Below, piece after piece: positions 1-12,294 of a DNA stretch of 64,000 nt. The stretch lies in contig OZ024742.1 of assembly GCA_964016885.1 (NCBI GenBank), forward strand, positions 325,252,001 through 325,316,000, given 5' to 3'. Source of the stretch: Eledone cirrhosa. Taxonomy: Eukaryota. A program made the position numbers and the translations under genes. The notes beneath the pieces were generated by a model. The model did no database searches. It was not told where the DNA came from and saw only the letters and a program-made list of their open reading frames with translations. The stretch's first letter is position 1, and each line of letters starts with the position of its first letter.

Positions 1-910
1 GAGAGGGTGGGAGAAAGAAAGATAGAGAGAGATTGATGTATAGACACACTGGCACACACATAGACTCATATGCGCGCGCACACAGTAGCACAAACACAGA
101 AACACACATAAGAGTTATATTCCAGTACTTTCCTTTGCTCTCCTCTCCCTTCACTATCTTAAAATTGATTCTCTACCATTGTAATTCTGGTAGCAAGATT
201 TTCCCTTTCTCTATATATTGCTTATTCTGAATCCTTCTCCAGTATAAAATACATATATAAGTAAAAATACTATATATGATGGCATGTGAATATAAATATT
301 CACTAATGCTTTTGACGATAGCTTCTGTCGTTGTACTACTGCATGAAATCTATTTTCTTTTCAGACTTACCATATATATAGACGAAGACAGTTTTAAATA
401 TATCTAGCTGAAAATATATATCCGTCTTTATTCTTTAATAACAGCGGAAAACGCTATATAACTCGCATTTTTAATACGGAAATATTTACATGCCAAATCT
501 TAAAATGTGTTGCCTACTCAGAAAATAAACGTATAATTCTTGAAGTAAACCATAATTTACTTCGACTAATAAACTTCTATCCTGCTATATTTTATGTTAG
601 CCTCACTAAATGATTTGTCTTATAAGCTTTGGAAATATTCAATCGATACGTTTGAATACCACAATAAAACAGTTGCGATTTGCTGATACTCTAATATATA
701 TATATATATATATATATGCGCGTGTAATAAATGTATATATAAGATACAGAGAATAGGTTTGTATTTTTGAAAATTATCTTTGTTTACAAACATCGAGGAA
801 TTTGATAACGAAATAGAGCTTCCGCCGCATTTTTCACAAAGTAGATTAACCAAATAGTTGTAGTTATAAAGAGCCCCAGTAAAAAATACGGCGGAAGCTC
901 TATTTCACTC

Positions 911-964
<54 letters not shown>

Positions 965-1086
965 TTGCCGTTATGAGGCTGTTTGCTTGCAAACGCTTCG
1001 AAAATTAATAATATTATTATAATATTATTATTTACTGAGAATGCATTTACGGATCCACATGCTAGAGCGAAAATAAATTATAGATA

Positions 1087-1613
1087 CTAGCAGAACCCCC
1101 CCCCCCCCTTCGGGTGGTTTTCTGCTAGCTTGTATAGTGTGTATATTGATATTTTACGCAGGTATATATACATGTAGATATGATACATCAAACAAAATCG
1201 TAATTGACAATATACACAGAAATTGAACAAAGATTGCGTTACATTGTCTTATGTAATCAGTAACGTAATCAATGATATATTAAAAAAGACGATATTATAT
1301 ATAAACTGCATTAGGAGAAAATTAGTGACAGAAAATTAGTGTGTTTATTTAATCGATCGCCACCGGTAGTGTTGAGGTCACATACTCTCTCTTTCTTTAT
1401 ATATAGTAGTTGAAGTGGTGGTGGTGGCGATGATATACCAGAAGTGCAACTTTGAAAAGAAGTCAATTTTAAATCATTTATTTTTACGAAATGGAGTAGA
1501 TAAATTATGTAATATTCATTCATTATTTATTCAAAGTAATCCAACTTATTTTACAAACAGGGGGGGGGGGGACCGTACGCAATCCCGCAGACCTTCCTTT
1601 ATTATAGTTTAGA
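1087..1613 (-). mobile_element. Probable non-autonomous Helitron (Lep1-like architecture)
   Basis: On the minus strand it starts TC(TAAACTATAATAAAG) and ends CTAG, sits between A and T, has a subterminal hairpin CTAGCAGAA...TTCTGCTAG, and shows no TSD. Confidence 0.5.
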
Positions 1614-1616
1614 TAG

Positions 1617-1647
<31 letters not shown>

Positions 1648-1659
1648 ATTATATATCTA

Positions 1660-1944
1660 AAAAGTCTAAAGTCTGTCTTAAGCCAGAAGGCTCATTTGGC
1701 CGGTGCTTATCCCGGTTTCATGGCGTGAAGCGACTGAGAGTACAAGACTCCCCCCTGGACAGGACACCAGTCCATCGCAGGGTTAAACCTCCAGCTATTG
1801 CTGGTACTCATTTTCAGCTGAGTATACTGGAGCAACGTGAAATAAAGTGTTTTGCTCAATAACACAACACGCAACCCAGAATCGAGCCCACGACATTATG
1901 ATCATAAGTCCAACACTCTTACCACTAGGCCACGTGCCTCCACT
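1660..1944 (-). mobile_element. tRNA-derived SINE (family 1, CORE-like body)
   Basis: Minus strand: A box TGGCCTAGTGG, B-box-like GGCTCGATTCT, central TTGAGCAAAACACTTTAT...CTCAGCTGAAAATGAGTACC, 3' CCCTGCGATGGACTGGTGTCCTGTCCAGGGG, and a short (TTTAGAC)-type tail. Confidence 0.8.
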
Positions 1945-2139
1945 ATGATTATATATATATGTATATATATATATAATTGATTTTCCTCTAGCCTTGTGGA
2001 TACGTAAATGTATTCGTGAGTGAATAATAATATTATAATAATATAATCTATATCCGATTCGTTTGCAAGCTAACAGCCTCATAACGCATGTTTTCTAGAC
2101 GACAATTTTAACCATTTGTACCAGCGGTAGCAGAGAGAA

Positions 2140-2184
2140 ACAATCTACAATTGTTTCGGGGTTATTGCCCCTTGTCAATATTGT
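2140..2184 (-). ncRNA. Minimal type-I hammerhead ribozyme motif, U3-A8 core variant
   Basis: Minus: ACAAUA-UUGACAA-GGGG CAAUAA CCCC-GAAA-CAAUU-GUA-GAUUGU; palindromic stem III ACAAUUGU; mismatch at the first stem I pair. Confidence 0.5.
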
Positions 2185-4730
2185 GTATTTGAATCTCTTA
2201 TTGCCAAGCGTCAACCTCTTTGAATTGGCCATCTCGTCGGTTGGGGGCACACTCTGTATTTTCTTCTACGATAAACTGACGGGAGACCAATGATCCGTTG
2301 CAAGATTGAGGAAGTTATACACATATTTTGTGGCTGCCAACCTGCGTAAATGTAACCTTCTTTCTACGGATCTGGAAACCTTTTACTGCAGATCGAAACT
2401 GAGGTAGATCATCTGCCATCAAGCGTGTGAAACCATCGAGACAAAGTATCGTCAAATGCTCGATGAACACTGAGTGAAGCGTGCTAGAGCTGCTGCTACA
2501 TCGTCTCCAACTCGCAGCTCATCGGTTCTGACCTCTGGAAACTCTGCTGCTTCACTGTTGGCCTCCGTTCACATTTACGTATTAATTAACTGACTCGAAG
2601 GACCGCCAGGAGGAATAATGTATGCTTATCACAATTTAAATTTCAAAGCTCTCCCTTATACATTCATAGGAAAAATATACTTCATATTACTAATTCAACA
2701 TATCGGTTTAATTTCAATTTACATCAACAAATTTTGGCTCAAATACAGACTTAAGTATATTCTTAGTGCATAATATACAGTTTGGAAAAAACAGTCACAT
2801 ACACATAAACATGCACACATAACCGTAGCAACCTGGACGAATGCAGACACACTTATTCGTCATTGTATTTTCATGTGTTTCTGAGTCAGCCTGCATGTGT
2901 ACGTATGTCTGTGGACGTGTGCTCGAATAATATTCATTTTGTTGGCAGAATTGTTCCCTTCTAATGTTGCATTCCCATATCCATGGATTTTTTAAAGATC
3001 TAATTATATTTAATTAAAAGCATGATATTAATTACAAACTTAATTAATGCTAAGAAGGTTGGCTCACATTCGTTGGTCAATAGGTCCCACGTGACTCCCT
3101 CCATGATCAATGTATGTTTATTATTTAAATACTCTTCAGTCATGCATAACGATTTTAGTAAAATAATGTGATCAGTATTCTGAAAGAGACATAGATTGTG
3201 TGTCTCTGTGGGTGTATGTTTCTGTGGAATAGAGACAGAGGGGAGGGAGGGGGAGAAATACAGAGAGAGAGAGAGAGAAAGGAGACGAGAGAGAATCATT
3301 GACTACACATACACAATACATATATTCTATGTATTTTAAACTGGTTTTAACTCGCACAGAAAAACAATATAAATATACATATTTTCTAGATATTATTCGT
3401 AGTTATAGATGTACACAAATATGCAAACACACATGTACACATACACGCACGAACATGCATACACACAAAAAGTATAAATACCACGCTTCGAAATAATGAA
3501 ATAATACATTAAAAGCTGAATCTCTATATTCATCACTTCATACTCTCTTTCTTCTACTCCTTTTCTCACAATTTTTATTTCCACTGACTTACACATAGAT
3601 AAAAAGTATACACGGTGAGACCTACGTACACATACATAAACATATTGTATTCAATCTGTAAAAGAACATGCTGTAAGAGTACATAAATCTGTATAGATTT
3701 CACATACATTATTACAATCAATACTTCTGAGACCCTTACGAGTCAAACATCGTAGTTATTGATGAGCAGGTAGTTGGAAAAAAAGTAGTGTAAGTATATG
3801 CCTAACAGCCCTCTGTAATAAATCTATTTACTCTCTCAAATAAAACAAAAAACGAAATCACTACAGAAAACCTTTGCCAGTATGATTTAAATTCTGAATG
3901 GCATCTGTATCTATTCCCAACTCACGATAGCTGGAAACATTCCATTTGGCAAAAGTAGATGCTGTACTAATTGGTGTCATTGAATACCTTACAAACACTG
4001 ATCTTTATATATGAAAGCAGAACGATTGTCTCCGATATTATGATTCGTTCAAAAGGAATATTCCAACGAGACAGTTTGTATTTATCTTTGTTTATTTGGC
4101 ACTAAAGGCACTGTCCTTTATATAACAAAAGTGCAATGGTTATTTTTTTAGAGTTTGCAACATCAAGTGACGTTAGTGTAACCAATTCATTTTGACGGCG
4201 ATGTATAGATATGAGTTGTATATATCATCAATACCGAGAAACATCTGGATTTGATAAGATTTTCAGCAATAACATGGCAATACATTTCTACCAACAGAAA
4301 TATTTATATTTAACATTTGAATGAGGAGGCATCTGCTTGCTGAACATCAACACTTTACACTGATGGACACCAGCTCTTCTGTTCCACATGCATAGAATTA
4401 TAAATAGCCAAGGACTCAGATATCTTATAAAGATGGTTTAAGTAAAGGTAGGAAACCGGAGAGACCTATATCAAACTGATTTAAAGCATGTCACTCACAT
4501 ACATTCCTTGCAATCAGACACTGTTATACAGTTCTTTTCCACGGGAGTACTTGTCCGAATATTTGGTTTATCTGGCCGGTTTCAGACGTAAATCATTGTG
4601 ATGATACCAAATGCCACATTAACCTGCTGTTTGCTTAGTGATATTGACAGGTTCTATCTCGCAGAAAGGTCGAGTGAATGGATATCCCCCAGAGAGCATC
4701 TGCTAAGCAACAGTATAAATCACAAATATA

Positions 4731-4831
4731 CTGTGTGTCCCAAACAAATGTATAAAAACTTTGATTATCGGTACATGCAATAATTATGAGAATGCTGTTG
4801 AAGTACGTATACATGTTTTGGGGTCACCCTG
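4731..4831. mobile_element. Possible tiny Tc1/mariner-type MITE remnant
   Basis: TA|CTGTGTGTCCCAAACA ... TGTTTTGGGGTCACCCTG|TA: degenerate CAGGGTG-type TIRs flanked by TA. Confidence 0.3.
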
Positions 4832-6135
4832 TATATTCAAGCACTCAAAAATGAAACAGATATAAGCATACGGAGGGGAACTTATCCGCGCGATAGGCAT
4901 TCAATTCTCGATAATTTGATATGTATTTCCAAGATCTGGCAGACTTTCAATCGGGAGCAAAGTATTGGAGGAGAAACACGCTGCATGTCATAAGTTTTTA
5001 TGAATAGATATTGCATTGGTATATATCAGGTAAACGCAAAGAGAATACAAATATCGTCAGGATGATTAGCCGCTGCTGGAATAATTTTGAATACTATTCT
5101 TTTGATAATTATTGTCATATAATATCCTTGTGGTAACTTTCAATCCAGCGTATTGCTGTTGTTATATCAGATTATGGCTCTGTCAAAACTATTAGAAATA
5201 TTTCTAACATGATTCGCTTTCAAGAAAGGGAGTATTGGTGGAACATTCCTATGAAATATTCCGTAAAATTCAAATACAATAGGCATGATACGGTTGTTTT
5301 GTACAGATAAACGAATTACGGACAGCTTTAAAATCCAGCTGCCCTTCAGGAGTAAGATAATTCATTTCACAATCATTGAGAAAATGAACACTTGTGGGTA
5401 ACTGCTGTAACTGCTACGAAGCCTAAACATTCTCTATCCAGATGACGAAGTTAGGTTTGTATTTATACTCACTGGTGCAGTTTGTTATGCTGTGATATTA
5501 TCTTTCATAGGCCTAACTACACCATGTATCACTCCACTAATTAATCTTTGTACGATTTGTTTTGTTAAGCTATATGTGAAACATGTTCGATCAGATTTAT
5601 GATCAACATATTCTAGCAACGACATACCCTAGTGGATTCTCACCAAGGTCTACGATGTTCGGTGCATCGTTTAAATAAGACCGTAGCGTATGACCAAGGG
5701 AGATGTAGCTGCAATTTTTAATAGATCATTTAATGCAAATATGGTATCAGAGGTGGTGGTCGCTTTGTCGCAAACATCCTGAGTACAATCTAATATTTTA
5801 AAGTCTGCTCGTATTCTCGGTACAGCCAATCAGGTTAAGCATCAAGTGCATGAATCTCAGTTATCTGCCAGAGCCTGAAAATCCGATACACCGTATCCTT
5901 GTATCCATAAATAATTTACACGAATTATGAAATTATTAAAATATTTTCGTAATCTAATGCGATGCGAATGAATTTAGATGCCTTAAAACAAAAGTAAAAC
6001 AGAATGCGGTATCACACATACACAAATTCAAACAGTCACACTCATTCACATACATTCAGACATTCACACCCACACCCACCCACATACACACGCACACAGA
6101 TACACACAGATACACACAAACATATATATATATAT

Positions 6136-6197
6136 ATCTTTTATTCTTTTACCTGTTCCAGCCATCCGACTGAGGCCATGTTGGGGCACCGCCCTTG
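6136..6197 (-). mobile_element. 3' fragment of a SINE-like repeat
   Basis: Minus: TCAAGGGCGGTGCCCCAACATGGCCTCAGTCGGATGGCTGGAACAGGTAAAAGAATAAAAGA, between (TA)n runs; resembles a common SINE 3' end (from recall). Confidence 0.4.
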
Positions 6198-6198
6198 A

Positions 6199-6230
<32 letters not shown>

Positions 6231-7621
6231 GGTTCGTGCTTCTATTCGAACGCACGGATTTAGATGACACCTAATTATAACTGATTATTGTATCCAAAAT
6301 ATTGTACAATCCTGAAACTTAAATTATGATTAATCCTTTCTCCAGGGCGTTTAAGATAATCCTATTGTTTATATCTGATTCGATGCATTGGAAAGGTTTT
6401 AAATCAAGCCTGAGGAGAATTTAGATAATCTTGATATAACACTATGGTTCGCCTTAATAAAACATTGAACTAATATTAGATATAGTTATATATTATATAC
6501 CGCGAAAAGAAAAAAAAAGAAGTCAGAGAAATATTTAGTAACACTGAGGCCTAAAATGTGTAATGTAACAACGTTAACTGTCTAAGCAAAGTGGATTAAA
6601 GGGTACACATATAAAGAAAAATAACACACACAAAAAAACAATTTTAGTCAAAATGATAATTCGGAGAGTCAAAAGGAAAACGACAGTTAACAATACAGAA
6701 AGCGGTATTTACCAAATATATTTGTAAGAGTAAATAATCATGGACTTTAGAATATACCATCACTTGAAAGAAAACCATTTCTTAAAAGCATTTGTTAGTG
6801 TTTTCCTTTATTTTATAGCACCTTTAAGTATTATTGTCAATCACATAGACCAGGGAAGTATTATTACCTTGTTGACCATTGTAGCAGTATCAAATTATAT
6901 ATATTAAAATATACTCTTGCGACGGAGTAAATGCTGAAAAAATAACATGTTTCACGCTGAGATACATACATACATTCGACGGCATTCTTAAATTACATGT
7001 TATAAGATCGACACTGGAACCATCTGGTACCGAGACGAACAACTTAATCACAATACAATGGCTACAGTTTATAACCCAGATTGCTATTTGGTTGCTAATT
7101 TCACTTCAGTGCAAGGAAAAAAATTATCCCTGTGATGTTAGAATAGCACATATATTTATACTACACAATAAGTAATAATTGGTGTTAAATCTACACAAAA
7201 CAATTCTCACATATCAACATCTAAACGTTCTTTTATGTTCAATATCTCATATTAGATGTTTAGTAATGATTAATACGAAATGCACTTAAACCGAATTCTA
7301 TATTATAAATTCACTTAAATAATTATCGTGTCGTCTTGAGTTCGTTATGAGTCTCTTTTTTATAAAAGGATGCCACAGAGTGTACGATAGATAATGATTA
7401 CAATACTTTTGAGCAACAAGTCTAGTCGCACGCTTTTGAATGTTTATTATAACATTCTGTGTCTCTTTTGAGCTTGCGCATTTTTCAGGTCTAGTTTAAT
7501 ATTTTTTTAAGGTAACGCTAGTTAAACATGATATATATTAATAATAAATTATCGTTGTAATTTAATTAGATTATATAATTGTTATTTTATAAATGATTTA
7601 TAAATATTATTGTAAGATGTA

Positions 7622-7807
7622 GGGCGGTGGATTGGCAGTATCGGTAGAGGGTCGGACGCCATGCTTTCCAGCATAGTTACGTCCCTTTACGATCTGAGTT
7701 CAAATCCCGCCGAGGTTAACTTTGCCTTTCATCCTTACGGGGTCGATAAAATAAAGTACCAGTAATGCACTGGGTAATTTGCTGGCCTTGTGCCTAAAGT
7801 AGAAACA
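7622..7807 (+). mobile_element. tRNA-derived SINE (family 2) with a 16-bp TSD
   Basis: A-box-like TGGCAGTATCGG, B box GTTCAAATCC, central GCCTTTCATCCTTACGGGGTCGATAAAATAAAGTACCAG; TSD ATTATTGTAAGATGTA at 7606-7621 and 7808-7823; six near-full copies in the window. Confidence 0.85.
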
Positions 7808-8389
7808 ATTATTGTAAGATGTATAAAAATATTTTCAGACTTTTAATATAAACAACTACAAAAATTAATCAATATTAAATAAATATATTTTACATAGTAA
7901 TTGTTATAGTTGAATTAATAAAAATTAAATATTACATACAAATAGTCCAACATAATAATAAAAAAATAATCTAACATAATAATAATATAATCTAACATAA
8001 AACGAACAATAATATGGACAAATATACAAGTAAATATGATACAACCAATATTATAAGCATGTTATAACGAACTGAAAAAAAATAGTTAATATAAATTGAA
8101 AAAAATATATATAAATTAACAATATAACTTTCCAAAACGAGAAAAATATTTTGATGATAAACGACGAAATATAGGAGGAAGATTTGAAAGCGAAACGATA
8201 AATAAACGTGCAAACAAATTGGTGGATGCTTTTGAACAACAATTACTCTCATTGATTGATTAGCCAATAAGACGATGAAATTAGCCAATAAGACGATACA
8301 TTACAAAAGATGTTTGGCAGGGATTACCACGGCCAGTCATACTCCTTGAAATGTTTATTCACAAGCTACGCATATATGTCAGAAGACAT

Positions 8390-8562
8390 ATACTGCGTAT
8401 TTAACAGAAGACATGCAGACTTAAAACAGTCTGTTGTTAGTTACTGCGTATTTAACAGAAGACATGCAGACTTAAAACAGTCTGTTGTGAGTTACTGCGT
8501 ATTTAACAGAAGACATGCAGACTTAAAACATTCTGTTCTTATTCACTGCGTGTCTAACAGAT
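8390..8562 (+). repeat. Minisatellite, 51-bp unit x ~3.4
   Basis: TACTGCGTATTTAACAGAAGACATGCAGACTTAAAACAGTCTGTTGTTAGT repeated; this produces the repetitive ORF 8310-8639. Confidence 0.85.
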
Positions 8563-9213
8563 ATGTTAATAATATTATCTTTTTTATTATTCACACGATA
8601 GGTAATTTTATTCTCCCCATTGATATTATCTATGTTTAAAGAAAATAACTGACTTTACTACATGTTGGACCACAATTATTTCAAACAGACACACGACTAG
8701 AAATTTGTGGGAAAGGAGAAATCAATTGTATTGATCTCATTACTTGACATGAACTATATGTTATTGACCTCGGAAAGGATGTAATGCAAAATTCTTCTCG
8801 GCAGATTTTAAACTAAAATGCTGCAAGGCAATCTACCAATTAATCATACATATGTGATGCTAAATAGTAGAAAAAAAAAGGAATGTGCCGTACGAAAAAT
8901 AATAATAAAAAAACTTCTTAAAACAAACTTAATTCTGAATTAGAAATTAAGTACGATCTTCCCATTTTAGAATCTAAACAACCTTTGGTTTTTAGCCGGA
9001 GGATGAACGTGGCTACATAGCAAAATAATTCTGATGCACATTGTTACCAAGTAGAATTTCACCACTTTCAATGTACTTCCGTACTTTTTCGACGGAGAAC
9101 ACTTAATGATATAATAATTTTACATGAAATAATTTTGCAATAATGAAAAAGTTAAAATTAAATTCTTAGATTTAATGTTTACTACTTTAGATCTTCATTT
9201 ACTCACATCATAA

Positions 9214-9420
9214 ATAATGGTTTCTTATGTAGGCACAAGGCCAGCAATGTTTGGGGGAGGGAAAAGTCGATGAAATCGACCCCAGTGCGTGACTGGTACT
9301 ATATTTTATCGACCCCGTAAGGATGAAAGGCAAAGTTAACCTCGGCAGGATTTGAACTCAGATCAGAAAGGGCCGTAACTTTATGCTGAAAAGCATGGCG
9401 TCTGTCGTTCTACTGATACT
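9214..9420 (-). mobile_element. SINE family 2 copy
   Basis: Reverse complement of the 7622-7807 element; flanking direct repeat TACTCACATCATA (TSD). Confidence 0.8.
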
Positions 9421-11471
9421 CACATCATACATGATAATAAATAATATACACCAACGGAAGATATAAGAAATATCGAAAGATTACAGCTATCAGCAAACGT
9501 ATGATAATGAATGTGATTATGATTATTATTGATGGAATATGCTTTTGAGTAAAATCAATTTGAAATGAAAATCTATTACAGCTACGTTTCTATTATTATT
9601 TAATCGACTTTCCCCTCCCCACAAATTGCTGGACGTGTGCCTATAGTAGAAATCATTATAGTAAGTTGATTTTAAAGTGCGATACTGAGATAAGGGCGTC
9701 TGCGACGTATTTCTTTGTATGAGATGTTTTCCCGGGGATATATCACTAGACAGAAATTTATTTTTAATCATTTGATGATTAATATAATATTTTTAAATGA
9801 ATCGTTTCTGAATACATCCCAATTTAGACAGATATGGCATACCCAGAGATGGCATACCCACACCAAATTGAACACTTTCCTCCTATATAGAAATTATTAT
9901 TTTCACATACATGACCATCGTCTCTCCAAATGTGTGTGAGTATCATACATCTATTTTCATATGTTCTACACAGAAAAAGTTATTTGTATCTATTAAATTG
10001 CATAAGAATTTATTCTCATCATAAAACTACCCGGTTTATACCTTCACCACAATCTCATACACAGATGTACGCAAGAGGACAGACGTAAACAAATACATAC
10101 AATAAAAACGTGATTAATTTCGAGATTTATCTTTTTTCGTAACGAGTTTTCAAATTTTCATATTTATCCTTTATCTTTCGGTTGGAACATTAACCTCGCA
10201 AACTTAATCTTGATTAAAAAAATTCTTGATATTTTGGTGTGATGTAAATGATAGTAGGATTGGCATGACTTAAAAATGTTTCCAAGATATATTATGTGGT
10301 TGTATTAAAGGATGTGCCTATACCCTCTCCAAAATGCTGTCTATATTTTCTATTTAAGGAACGTTGGAAAAGATTCTTCCTATATTGACAATTTTATTGG
10401 TTTCTAGTCGTTCATATGGTGGCTATGCTATATTACCGAAGTATGTATTTCTTTATGAAACAATCTATTTGTTTGGATAATCTACGTATAGGTGTATTGC
10501 TTGTGATATAGGTTAGAATGGATTAATTTTCCTCCGTGTCTTTACAGAGCTTCACTCCCTATTTGTACTGGATTTCACAGCGATTATATGTTGATTAGTT
10601 CCAACTTTACGAATTCTTTTGAATTAGCAATTAACCTGTGATATAATATTTACTGTTTAATGCATTCAACCTTGTTTCAAATATCAAATAGGTCGTTCCT
10701 ATATATTTTATAGGCGAATTGGAGTTGGAACGTCGGATAGGATGCTTTATGGTATTCGATCCGTCGCTCTGCTCTTTGAGTTCAAATTCTGTCTAGGTGA
10801 TCCTTTCGAGGTTCATACAAAATGCACCAGTCTGGTAGTGGGGTGGATTATTGTCTATATCTCTTTCTCATTTCCTCTCTTTCTATTTTTCTCTGAAAGA
10901 CATCTGCTGTACTCAAGCCTGGAGACGGATAGGCTCCGACAGGCTTCAAATGTCCAAGAAACATCGTGTGTCAATACGGCCCCCTTCGGCTCTATCAGGA
11001 GTTACGGGACGATGCATACATATATTTTATGTAGTGTAATTTTATTATTATGTATATTTTACTGTCTTCTTGCAATATATGCGAATTATGGATTGTAAAT
11101 TTGTCGGCGCTAAGCGTGTGTTGCGGGATTATAAGGCGAGTATCTTATTTTCTAGATATCAATGTATTCCTCTTAGGGGCGAGAAAGTATTATTAAATAA
11201 AGTCTGGTTACCTATTAATTTCTGGATGCCCGTTTTTCCAAGCATATTTCTGACGTTCGATTCTATTTCTCTAAAATTGTAAAGTAAAACACACCACACT
11301 CTCCTCCGTTGAAAACAAATAGACCATTATGATACAGTACCCGAAATAAAATAGAAAGATAGCATTTGTTACCTGCAGAATCACATATGAAATTCAACCA
11401 AAGACATGATTATGCATAATGGCTTTATTAATTTGAAAACATATATGCAAGAGATGTGAAGTAAAGCATAA

Positions 11472-11648
11472 CTGTTTCTACATTTGGCACAAGGCAATAA
11501 ATTACCCAGTACATTACTGGTACTTTATTTTATCAACCCCGTAAGGATGAAAGGCAAAGTTAACTTCGACGCGATTTGAACTCAGACCATAACTATGCTA
11601 GAAAGCATGGCGTCCAGCCCTCTACCGATAGTACCAATTCACCGCCCT
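11472..11648 (-). mobile_element. SINE family 2 copy
   Basis: Reverse complement of the 7622-7807 element; flanking direct repeat TGTGAAGTAAAG (TSD). Confidence 0.8.
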
Positions 11649-11871
11649 GTGAAGTAAAGAATAATGTCGACCAGGAACTCAGAAACTAACAGCTGACTAT
11701 TTCAACATCTGGTATTGATGTGTTTTTGAAGTTATAGTATTTCCACAAACCTTTCAAGCCTAAAGCGCGCAACCAATATATACCTACTATTATAATTTTA
11801 TGCAGCTGATAATATCGAGAATAATTTGAAAGTTTAATGGATGACGGTGTATACAAACGTACATACACATG

Positions 11872-11908
<37 letters not shown>

Positions 11909-11920
11909 GCACACGCACAT

Positions 11921-11978
<58 letters not shown>

Positions 11979-12294
11979 ATATATTTCATATAAGTGCAAG
12001 GAAGTCAAACGGAGAAATAGCTATAAAACAGCCGACTGCTGTAAATGGTAATATCATGCTATGCTGATTTTTATCAGCCGGGTTTTGCAGTCATTTCTGC
12101 GTTTGAGCTCCCTATACTTCAATGAAATACCCATACACTCAGCACCTGAAATTGATAATTCGATACATTTCATATCCAATCGTTTACACACACACACACA
12201 TACACACACATATATTTATGTATATATATATATACATATATTTATGTATATATATATATGTATATATGTATATATATATTTGTATATATATATA

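Larger units (their letters stand above)
968..2087. repeat. Inverted repeat pair (~968-1082 vs ~1974-2087); the spacer holds a Helitron-like element and a SINE
   Basis: GTTATGAGGCTGTTTGCTTGCAAACG...GCTAGAGCGAAAATAAATTA matches the reverse complement of TAATTGATTTTCCTCTAGC...CGTTTGCAAGCTAACAGCCTCATAAC, with moderate divergence. Confidence 0.7.

Noticed and set aside
1880-1944. tRNA gene suggested by A/B boxes
   Set aside because: It is the tRNA-derived head of a SINE with no complete cloverleaf. Likewise 29080-29111 is a PBS, not a tRNA gene.
8310-8639. Repeat-containing 109-aa ORF or possible CRISPR-like array
   Set aside because: A plain 51-bp tandem repeat with no unique spacers, in a eukaryotic context with no cas genes
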